DNA of 64,000 nucleotides from positions 110,052,001 to 110,116,000 of the forward strand of contig NC_045697.1 in assembly GCF_009834535.1 (NCBI RefSeq), written 5' to 3'. Source of the DNA: Camelus ferus (lineage: Eukaryota). The notes under the pieces are model-generated. The model was given only the letters and a program-made list of their open reading frames with translations. It searched no databases and was not told the DNA's origin. Below are positions 41,160 to 52,899 of the stretch, piece by piece (within the stretch, counting starts at the first letter, position 1; each line of letters opens with the position of its first letter). The translations under genes and the position numbers were made by a program.

Positions 41160-42288
41160 AAAAAATAAATGGGACCTAATTAAACTTACAAGTTTCTGCG
41201 AAGCAAAGGAAACCGTAAGTAAAACAAAACGACAACCTACAGAATGGGAGAAAATTTTTGCAAATGAAACCCACAAAGGCTTGATCTCCAGAATATATAA
41301 GCAGCTCATACGACTTAATAAGAAAAAACAAATAATCCAATCCAAAAATGGGCAGAAGACCTAAACAAGCAATTCTCCAAGGAAGAAATACAAATGATCA
41401 ATAGGCACATGAAAAAATGCTCAGTATCACTAATTATCAGAGAAATGCAAATCAAAACTACAGTGAGGTATCACCTCACACTAGTCAGAATGGCCATCAT
41501 TCAAAAGTCCACAAATGACAAATGCTGGAGAGGCTGTGGAGAAAAGGGAACCTTCCTACACTGCTCGTGGGAATGCAGTTTGGTGCAGCCACTGTGGAAA
41601 ACAGTATGGAGATTCCTCAAAAGACTAGGAATAGACTTACCATATGACCCAGGAATCCTGCTCCTGGGCATATATTCAGAAGGAGCCCTACTTCAAAAAG
41701 ACACCTGCACCCCAATGTTCATAGCAGCACTATTTACAATAGCCAAGACATGGAGACAGCCTAAATGTCCATCAACAGATGACTGGATAAAGAAGAGGTG
41801 GTATATTTATACAATGGAATACTATTCAGCCATAAAAATTGACAACATAATGCCATTTGCAGCAACATGGATGTTACTGGAGAATGTCATTCTAAGTGAA
41901 GTAAGCCAGAAAGAGAAAGAAAAATACCATATGAGATCGCTCATATGCAGAATCTTAAAAAAAATTAAATAAAAAAAATAAATACAAAACGGAAACAGAC
42001 TCATAGACATAGAATACAAACTTGTGGTTGCCAGGGGGACGGGGGGGTGGGAAGGGACAGACTGGGATTTCAAAATGTAGAACAGATAAACAAGATTGTA
42101 CTGTGTAGCACAGGGAAATATATACAGGATCTTGTGGTGGCTCACAACAAAAGAGAATGTGACAATGAATGTATGTATGTTCATGTATAACTGAAAAATT
42201 GTGCTGTACACGGGAATTTGACACAATATTGTAAAATGACTATGACTCAATTTAAAAAATGTTAAAAAATAAATAAATAAATAAAATT
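41160..42288 (+). mobile_element. Young 5'-truncated L1: ORF2 C-terminus (open 41394-41972, CCHC knuckle) plus 3' UTR and poly(A)
   Basis: [10 protein letters not shown]...[18 protein letters not shown]...[12 protein letters not shown]. The tail is (AAAT)n. Confidence 0.97.
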
Positions 42289-42299
42289 TTAAAGTAAAA

Positions 42300-43663
42300 T
42301 AAAAGAAAGTGAGGGAATGGAAAAAGGTATTCCATGCAAATTAAAATGAAAACAAAGCCAGGGTAGCAGTGCTCATATCAGACAAAACAGATGTTGTCTG
42401 TAACAAAGACTGTAATAAGAGACAAAGATGAATATTACAGATTGATAAAGGAATCATTCCAATAAGATATAACAATTGTAAACATATATACACTCAACAT
42501 AGGAGTACCTAAATACATAAAGCAAATATTAACAGACACAACAGGAGAAAATGGCAGAAATACAATAGTAGTAGTAGACTTTAACACCCCACTTACCTCA
42601 ATGGAGAGATCACTCAGACAGAAAATCAACAAGGAAACACCAGCCTTAAGAGTCACATCAGACCAGGTGGACTTAATAAATTTGCATAGAACATTCCATC
42701 CCAAAGCAGCAGAATACACATGATTTTCAATTGCCCATCAGTAGATGAATGGATAGAGAAGATGTGATGTACCTATATGTGTATATACATGTATGTATGT
42801 ATATATACATATAAAATTAAATACTACTTGGTCATAAAAAAAATGAAGTCTTGCCAGTTGTGACAACAGGGGTTGACCTAGAAGGTATTATGCTGAGTGA
42901 AATAAGTCAGAGAAAGACAAATACTATATAATTTCACTTACATGTGGAATCTGAAAAACAAAACAAGTAATAAACATAACTAAACACAAACAGAGTCATA
43001 GATACAAAGGACAAACAGGTGATTGCCAGAGGGGAGGAAAGAGATAGTGAGGGAGATTACAAGGTACAAATTTCAGGTACAAAAGAAATGAGTCACAAGT
43101 TGGAAATGTACAGTGTGGGCAATGCAGTCAACAATTATGTAATGTCTTTGCATGATAACAGATGACAATTAGACTTATAATGGTGATCACTTTGAAAAGT
43201 ATAGATGAATCTAAGCACTGTGTTGTGTACCAGGGACTAATAAACTGATGTAAGTCAATTATACTTCAAAAACAATTAAACTCATAAACAAAAGGGATCA
43301 GATTTCTGGTTCCCAGAGGCAGGTTGATGGTGGGTGGGGAATTGGATGAAGACAGTCAACAGGTACAAACTTCCAGTTACAAGATGAATAAATACTAAGG
43401 ATGTAATGTACAACCTGATAAATATAATTAACACTGCTGTACTTTATGAAAGTTGTTGAGAGAGTAAATCCTGAGAGTTCTCATCATGAGGAGAATTTTT
43501 TTTTCTATTTCTTCAATTTTATATCTAGATGAGATGATGGGTGTTCACTAAATTATTATAGTGATCATTTCATAATGTCTGTAAATCAAATCCTTATGGT
43601 GCACACCTTAAACTTATGTAGTGCTCTATGTCAATTACATCTCAATAAAACTGGAAGAAAAAA
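42300..43663 (+). mobile_element. Older L1: endonuclease fragment (42300-42730) fused to a 3' UTR with two successive tail modules
   Basis: ggaaaaaggtattccatgcaaa...gactttaacaccccact...gaatacaca, then cccatcagtagatgaatggat. Tails end at ~43270 and ~43663 (ctcaataaaactggaagaaaaaaa). Confidence 0.85.
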
Positions 43664-44599
43664 ATCTATTCCTTTATACATAGTAGGTACTTAAAAAGTA
43701 TGGAAAGAGGATGTAACAGGAGACAGAGAGGGGAAGTAGGGAAAAGAGGTGGTCACTGAAGTGAAGTGTCACAGCCTGAGGGATTAGAAAAATGCTTCTC
43801 TGCCTTAGGACCCTTCCAAAACAAGAGAAATTTTTTAAAAATCACTCAATTTAAGAACATTACATCTGATAGTGGGATGTGCAGTAGTTGAAATAAAATA
43901 GCACTTATTCAAGGTCTCTGCTGGGTTTCCTCATTCAATCCTACTGTCCCTAGAAACAAGCTTGAAACCTATCCTGATAAAGGTTATAGTGGAAACAGTC
44001 CCTAAATGACATCAAATTGATATTTTTTTTCCCTAGATACTTAAGAGATTTTCACTAAAAGCAAGAGAAGAAAGAAAAAGCCCTAGAACAGACAGTATTT
44101 TCCCCAGGACCTTTTCAACACTAAACACCCAAAGCAAAATCAACGATCACTATAAATATTAAAGGAAACAAGTATGTGGTATTGCCCACAAAACTGAAAA
44201 TTCAGTGAAAGAGGCATAAAACAGAATTAATAATGGGGAAAGAACAGGAAAACCCAAACTGGATATATTGCTCTCTTTGAAAACATTATGTTGAACAAAA
44301 CTGTGACAATGTTTAAAAATCATTAATTGGAGTTTCTAAATGATTATTCTTTTCAAGCCAGTTGCAAAGTCATTCAGTAACAAAGTAAAGGATTTTAATC
44401 AATCACGTTGAATCAAGTTACAACATATGTTGAGAACTCTCACGTTGCATTATAATCTGATGCTTATTTTGTTACATTTCAGGAGACGTTGTTAATATAA
44501 AAATGTCATATTTTTGGTACATTTTTGGTAGAAATATGTTTTTACAATGGTGCAGTACGTTTTACTTTCAGCGCTAAATCACAGTTTTGTGTTTCCTGA

Positions 44600-47500
44600 T
44601 AGAACTTATTTTTTAAACACAGGAAATTTTATTTCAACTGGCTTGTCACATATTCTTAAGAACAGCAGTAAGAAGAGAAACAGTTATGCAGGCAAGATGT
44701 ACAATCTTGCAGGTGGCCTTTTCTTCATGGGTTAGGATGCTTATTATAAGCCCAATTGCAAAAGAAAACATGGAGATTGCATGCATGCAAAAGAACAAAG
44801 ATGAAGACAGAATTGCAAATGAGAATCATATATGGCCTTTCTCATGAAAGACACCAACCTTATTTTTACTGTAAACAAAATATTCATACATCAAATGAAA
44901 TTGTAGCACACAAAGGATTTCATTTGATGAAAATACTTCAAATTAGATGCTAAGGTCATCAAAGAGCTGCAAATATTTATATATGTTCTTCCTTTGACAA
45001 AATTTAAATTTGAGATTGCCTGAGAAAAAAGAAAATAACTGGAGAGTCTTGAATTCTTCTAGGTCTTGACTTATTGTGCACATTTTAAGTAAAATTCTGT
45101 CTCTGGGCATCTAGATAAAACTTACAGTTACTGCTCATTTCACATCAAGGTAGAAATGGTAAGACATGAAAATCATCACTGTACCATGAGGTAAGTGAAA
45201 CATATAGAAGAATTTATTTATTACATTTTCAGGTTTTGAGGAATTTCATTTTAAGTCTAACGTTGCATCAGGAAAGTATGATGCATTTAATGTTCTTGTT
45301 CTTTTCTTCTTTGCAAAAATACTATTAAAAAACTAACATCACCTACAGCAACAGTGAACTATCTATTTAAATGCAGAATTATGTAACAATTAATGCAATG
45401 GACTACAAAAATCAGTATTATTGGATATGCTTAGGTAAAATAATGATGAGAACATTTTGTTCAGAGCTGTACATAAGTAAATAATTCTAGAGCTTTACTT
45501 CTGTTATTTCTAAACAATGCAAGCATTTTTTTAAATTGATGACTGACTTGAGAGAAACAGTATTAATTTAAAATACTTAGATTATTTTAAATTATCTATT
45601 ACCTCTTAAATGTCCAGACACTGAAACACTTGAACATATTTCAGTCATTCAAGAAAAAAAGCTGGGGGTGATGTCAGCAAGATGGCTGAACAGAAAGCTC
45701 TAAATCTAGTCCTCCATAGACATATAGTCTTAACAACAATAGTAGATGGTCCAAAAAGCCTTTATAAAAACTCCAGGCTAAATGGGAGTGGGATAATTTA
45801 TTCGAAGTGATGAAAGAAAAAAAAAACTGCCACCAAGAATACTATATCTAGCAAAACTGCCCTTCAAATATGAAAGAGAAACAAAGACCTTCCCAGATAA
45901 ACAAAAGCCGAGAGAATTCATCACCACTAGACCTGCCTCAGGAAATGCTGAAGAGAGTTCTTCAAGTTGAGATAAAAGAACTCTAGACAGCAACAGGAAA
46001 GCATATGAAAGCAGAAAACTCTTTGGTAAAGGTAAATTTTATAGACAAATACCAAATCCTGTAACATTGTAATAATGGTGTGTAAATCACTTTTGATTGC
46101 TTTTAATTTGAGTATAAAATTTAAAAGAAAAAAGAATTAAAATAACAATGACCATAAAACTATGTTAATGAATCAAAATATAAAAAGACATAACATTTGA
46201 AATCAATAACATAAAGTGGGAGGGAGAAGTAAAGGAGCAGAGTTTTTGTATGTAATTAAAGTTTAAGTTGTTATCAGTTTAAAGTAGATTGCTAAACAAC
46301 TATAAGATGTTTTCTGTAATCCCCACGGTAACCACAAAGAAAATATCTACAGAAGAAACACAAAAGAAAATAAGAAGGTCCTCAAAACTTTTCACTACAA
46401 AAAATGAGTGAAATACAAGGGAAGGAAGCAAGAGAAGAAAAGAGGGACAAATAACTACAAAACATACAGAAAACAATCTTAAAATGTCAATATTAAGTCC
46501 TCCCCAATCAGTAGTTACTTAAAATACAAGTGGGTTAAACTTCCCAATCAAAAAACATAGAGCATTTTAGATACATGGACACCAACAGGCTGAAAGTGAA
46601 AGGATGAAAAAAGATCTTCCATGCAAATGGCACCCCAAAGACAACAGAGGTGGCTATACTTATATCAAACAAAATAGGGTTTAAGTCAAAAACTGACATG
46701 AGATAAAGGAGGACATTCTATCAAAAGGTCTATTCACCAGGAAGATATAGCAATTATAAATATATATGCACCTAATGGTAGAGCACCCAAACATGTGAAG
46801 CAAACACTGACAGAATTGAAGGAAGAAATAGATAGTAACACAAAAACAGTAGGCTATTTCAATTCCCCACTCAGTAATGGACAGATCAACCAGACAGAAG
46901 ATTAATAAGGAAGCACGGGACTCCAACAACATCATAGACTAACTGGACCTAACAGACATACACAGAAGACTTGACCCAACACCAGACAGAATACACATTC
47001 TCAAGTGTATTACACATTCTCGAGTATAGCCTCAAGTGCATATGGAACACTCTCCAGAACAGATCACATGTTAGGCCACAGGATGTTAACAAATTTAAGA
47101 TTAAAATCATACTAAGTATCTTCTGACTACAATGGAATAAAATTAGAAATAAATAGCAAGGGGAAACTGGAAAATCACACTGGAAATTAAATAACACACT
47201 CCTGAACAACTAACAGGTCAAAGGAGAAATCTAAAGGGAAATTAGATAATATCTTGAGACACATGAAACAAAAACACAACATATAAAAACATGAGATGTA
47301 ACAAACATAGTACTCAGAGAGAATTTTACAGCAGTAACTGCCTACATTAAAAAAGAAGAAAGTTCACAAATCAACAACATAACTTTACACCTTAAGGAAG
47401 CAGAAAAAGAGAAATAAACTAAAAACAAAGCAGAAAGAAAAAAAATAAAGATTAGAGCAGACATAAATAATAGGAAAACAATTAAAAATCAATAAAACTA

Positions 47501-50500
47501 AGGGTTTTTAAAATCAATAAATTTGATAATTTCTTAGCTAGACAAAAAAAAGTGAGAAGATGCAAATGACAAAAATCAGAAGTGAAAAAGAAGACATTAT
47601 AATTGATGCCACAGAAATAAAACGTATCATAAGAGACTACTATGAACAATTATACACAAACAAATTAGATAACTTAGAAGAAATGTATAAATTTCTAGAA
47701 ACTATACACCCTACCAAAATCAAATCATGAAGGAAAAAAATTATGAACAAATCTATAACCAGTAAAGAGATTGAATCAGTAATAAAAAATCTCCCAATAA
47801 AGAGGAACAGATGGCTTCTCTGGTGAACTCTACCAAACATGTAAACAAGAATTAAACAATTCTTCTCAAACTCTTCCAAAAAAATAAGTAAATAAAGAGG
47901 ATAGAACACTTCCCAACTTATTTCGTGAGGCCAGCATTACTCTGATATCAAAACCAGACAGAAACACTGCAGGAAAACTACAGACCAATCAACATCCCTG
48001 ATGAATAGAGATGCAAAGATCCTCAACAAAATATTAGCAAACTGAATCAACAGCACATTAAAAGGATCATGTGCTGTAACCAATTGACATTCATCCCTGG
48101 GATGTAATGATGGTTCAACATATGAAAATCAGTCAATGCAATACACTACATTAACAGAACAAAGGATGAAAGCCACCTTATCATTTCAGTATATGCAGAA
48201 CATTTGGAAAAATTCAACAGTCTCTCATGATAAACACACTCAATAAACTAGAAGTATAAGGAAGTTACCACAGCATAATAAAGGCCAGATACAAAAAGTT
48301 TATAGTTAATATCTTGCTCAATGGTGAAAAACCGAAAGCTCTACTAAGATCAGGAACAAGGCAAGGAGGCCAATTCTTACCACTTCTAAGCAGTGTAGTA
48401 GTGGAAGTCCTAGTCAGGGAAATCAAGCTTAGAAATTAAATGCATCAAAATCATAAAAGAAGAAATAAAATGGTATCTGTTCTCATGAAACTATGACATG
48501 ATCTTACATGTAGAAAACCCTACAGATTCCACAAAAAAACATTTGTTTTTCTATGCACTAACAATGCACAATCTAAAAAAATTAGGAAAGCAATCCCAAT
48601 TACAATAGTGTCAAAAATAATGAGGAATAAATTTACCTAAGCAGACGAAAGTTTTATACACTAAAAACTACAAAATATTGCTGAAAGAAATTAAAGAAGA
48701 TACAAGTAAATGGAGAGACATCCTGTGTTCATGGAGTGGAACTTACTATTGTCAAAATGTCCATACTACCGAAAGCAATCTACAGAATCAATGCAATTCC
48801 TATCAAAATCCCAATGGCAAATTTTGAAGAAATAGACAAAAAAAATCTTAAAATTCATATGGAACCTCAAAGTACTCCAAATAGCCAAAATAATCTGGAG
48901 AAAGAAAAGCAAAGCTGGAGGCCTCAGATTCCTGACTTCAAAGCATATTACAAAGCTACAGTGATTGAAACAGCATGGTACTGACATAGAGCGAGAGATA
49001 TATAGGCCAATGGAACAGAACACAGATTCCATGAATAATCTGTTATGTATCTTTTCAAAAGATCTTTGACAAGGGTGCCAAGGCTACACAATAGGAAAAT
49101 GATAGTATATTTAACAAATGGTGTTAAGACCCCACTGGATATCCACATTCAAAAGAATGTATTTGGAGCCTTATATTTAAAAATTAACTAAAAATGGATT
49201 TAACTCTCCTAGAAGAAAACATAGGGGGAAAACTTCATGGCACTGGATTTGGCAATAGTTTCTTGAGTATGACAGCACAATTACAGGCAACAAAAGCAAA
49301 AATTAATAGGACTACATCAAAATAGAAAGCTTCAACACAGCAAAGGAAACAACAGAGTGAAAGGCAACTTATGCAATGGGAGAGAATTTTGGCAAACTCT
49401 GTATCTGATAAGAGGTTAATCTCCAAAATATACAAGGTACGCTTACAACTCAACAGAAAAACAAACAAACAAACAAATAAACAAAAGAAGAAACCCAACT
49501 GAAAAATGAACAAAGGACTTGAATAGACATTTCTCCAAAGAAGATACACAAATGGCCACCAGGTACATGAAAAGATGCTCAACATCACTAACCATCAGGG
49601 AAATGCACATCAAAACCACAATGAGATACCCCTTCACACCAGTTAGGACACCTGCTATTGAAAAACAAACAAACAAACAAACAAACAAAAACAAAAAAAA
49701 ACAAATGTCAGTAAAGGTAAGGAGAAATTGGAACTCCTGTACATGGTTGGTGGGAATGTAAAATGGTAGAGCTGCTATGGAACATAGTATGGAGAAGCCT
49801 CTAAAAATTAAAATTAGAATTATCATATGATCCAGCAATCTTACTTCTGGGTATATAGCCAAAGAACTGAACACAGGATTTCAAAGACATATTTGCACAC
49901 TCATGTTCATTGCAATATTATTTACAATAGCCAACAGGTAGAACCAACCGAAATGTCCTCCAGTGGATAAATGGATAAAGAAATGTGTTATAGTACTCAG
50001 CCTTAAAAAAAAGAAGGAAATCCTGTCATACGGTAGAACAATGATGAATCTTGAGGAAATTATGTGAATAAGTCAGTTGCAAAAAGACAATCACTGCAAA
50101 TTTTGGATCCCGTGTATGAAGGATCCAAAATAGTCAAACCCTTAAAAGCAGAAGTAGAGTGGTGCTTGCTCGGGGTGGAGGGAGGCAAAAGAGTTGTTCA
50201 ATGAGTACAGAGTTTCAGCTTTGGAAGATGAAAAGGTTTGAGAAATCTGCTGCACAGTGATGTACATGCTGTTAACACTACTGTACTGTGCACTTTAAAA
50301 TGGTTAAGATGGTAAATTTTATGTTTCTTACCGTCATTTAAAAAAAAGAAGAAGAAAAATTGATTTTTTTCCTTCCCACCTTCTCATCAAAAACAACTGA
50401 ACAGATGTTACCAGGGCTTTCCAAAAAGTTCACCCTTGGGATGAGACAAAGCGTGGAAAATGTTCAAAATGAATAATTTTCCAAAATTTGTGAACAGATG

Positions 50501-51480
50501 AAAACCATGTTTTAAAATGTAAACGGCATGCAATCTTGAACACATTTGCTTTTGTGAACACCTAAGGAAATAACAGAAGAAGCTATAAAAAGTGCTTATT
50601 GACTTCTTACGTACTTTAATAAAAGAGGGATGTGGAAGAAAACCAATACAGAATTAATACATGCGATGAGAAGGAAACCAAACTGATTATGTCTGAAATA
50701 TATTTTTAATGGGATTACGGATTTTAGATGGCAAAATTTTTACAAGGAGTGATTATTGTAAATGGCTGTATTTCATGATTTAAAAATGCACTCAGAACAA
50801 CCCAGAGAAAGGCAGTGCTAAAATGATTCCTGGATGTTCCTACTACCTCTCCAATTCTGTGATGTACAGAAGACTCAAACAGGAAGATTCAAAACATGAG
50901 TTGAGAATTTTCACAGTTGCTTCAATCTTGGATCAGACTCCATTCAGCTCTTGCCTGCGGACCTGCCACTGCGGATCTCCCCTCATTTTCCAGCCATTCC
51001 CTGTCCAGGCTGCATCCCCAGGCTGATAACCCTGAACTGTCGAGAGCCATCCTTACTCCCCATTCAGCACCTGGAGCCCCAGAGCCAACCAGAATCCAGA
51101 GCCTGAACACATCCAGAAAGAAAGGTGTGCAATTTTCCTAGATGAGTGATCCTTAACTTTGGTTACGAGATACTCAGGACTTCCAATAATTTCAAGAAAC
51201 AAAAAAAGTCTCCAAAAAAAAATTAAAGATATGTTTCTCTCAGATTACAAGAAATGCCTTTTATGATGTTTTTAGCTGCCATGTCAAGAGTACTACCATG
51301 TACAATTTTAATGAGTCTGTTTGATTGTCACAGCAGCTCTTTAGGGAGACAGTATTGCTATCCTCAAAATAATCTGAAAACAGGCAGTAAATGCTAATTA
51401 AAAACGAAAAGAAATGAAAGGAAATCCTGATATTTCTAAGTGCCTCATTCTGTTTTTTACTTACATATAAATGAAAGTTC
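44600..51480 (+). mobile_element. Highly decayed BED-finger hAT(Ac-type) transposase remnant, split by an L1 (segments ~44600-45660 and ~50350-51480)
   Basis: Degenerate motifs in the expected order: BED finger, IVAHKGFHLMKIL, LWAS..LTVTAHF, DVTR, PKEITEE, ILDGK, LAAMSRVL. See findings. Confidence 0.55.
45664..50350 (+). mobile_element. Near-complete but internally deleted L1 (L1MA10/L1MB-type 3' end), ~4.7 kb
   Basis: Starts gggggtgatgtcagcAAGATGGC (YY1 site 45679-45686). Continues with late ORF1, inter-ORF, decayed ORF2, 3' UTR and A tail. TSD-like aagaaaaa at 45651 and 50352. Confidence 0.92.
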
Positions 51481-52899
51481 TTTGTGAACTTTAAAGTGCT
51501 AAGAATCACCAATGCCTAAATCCCTTGCAGCTTTCAAAAACAAAACAAAATACCCCTCTCATCTTAGGGGCTCTTCAAGCTGTTGCCACATCCCCTTCTG
51601 CCCTTTCATGATCAAGTCTCATGAAAAATGGGCTGAATTCCCCAACTCCACTTCACTCTGCACTCCACTAAACTCTGGCTTCTAAAGATAAGAAGTTCCC
51701 AGTGACTTTGTGCTCTCCAAAGTCACTGCTGATGGGAATGTAAAATGGTACAGCCACTTTGGAAGACAGTTTGGCATTTTCTCATAAAACTGAACATACT
51801 CTCACCATAAGTTACAGTTGCACAGAGTGCAACCTACATGGGCAAAGGAAAAATAGTTTCCATATTTGTTAATGATTGATCTAATATTCTTCAGGAGCCC
51901 CACCCTAATGGACAATAGAGACAAATGGTTATCTTAAACATGCTATTTAATGTCATCTCAGTCTCTTTCCTTGAAGCAGTACTGTTAGGTAATTTAGCAT
52001 CTTTGGGATGCTCAGTCTTTGAGACGCCCTCCCTCTTGCCCTGCTGCTCCGCTGTGAGACGACACTGGCCAGAAGGAGGCCTGCAGTGATGAGGTGGGAT
52101 CTTTGTGTGCTGTCCACTGGCTCTCAGTATTTGTCTCCAGGCAGTGAATCTGGTCTTTTATGTCCGCATGTTCAAGTTCAGAACACTACCCTGCTGCCCT
52201 GACCCACTGCAGCTGGTTTTGATACTGCGGTTTTCTGATACTTGGCACATTATGTTACCCTGAATTTCAACTGTCTACCCAGCAGGTTTGGGGATGGGCT
52301 CATCTCATCACATGCAGCCGTGGTCCTCATGGTAGACCTGCTGGGCTGGACTCTGCATTAATCCATGTCCCCAAGTGGGAAGGCTGGGACTATGGGAGGT
52401 CTTCCAGGCTTTTCAAGAGCCAGACGGGAAGGGAACACTCCGTGTGCCTTCTCTTCACCTAACCACACTGCCCATTTTACCCTGCTTCCATTTGCCTGTG
52501 TTAGGAGAAAGCTACCCCGTGAGGTGGTGTCCTCTGGGAGTTCCAAAGTGTCCTGCGCTTTTAGCTTCTCCCTTAGTCTGACTCATTGGCCCTCTCTCTT
52601 AGATGATAGCGCCGGGGAAGGGAGGGGCAGGATGCTCCTGGCGGACCACTTGTTTCCTGCATCTCTCCTCCCTTGCCCCTCCTGCGCTCCCCAGCAACTA
52701 GAAGGGGATGCTCTTTGCTTTCTTTCCATGTGGGAGATCTCCTTAGGAACCATTTCTTTAGAGTAAGGGCCACCTGTTTTGCTTGTCAAGGCAGAATATT
52801 CTCTTTGCATTTCTGCTGTAATTATCCTAATACTATCCAAAACAAGTGGATGCCTCTCACAGAATAGGTAGAAGGTCTTATCCATAGACAGGCAGTATA

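Noticed and set aside
43870..43883. tagtgggatgtgca as the left terminal inverted repeat of the hAT fossil
   Set aside because: I could not identify a convincing matching right TIR or an 8-bp TSD by eye.
24580..49874. Hydrophobic minus-strand ORFs (e.g. 24580-25038, 41822-42250, 49443-49874, 39712-40257)
   Set aside because: These are antisense translations of L1 or L2 sequence.
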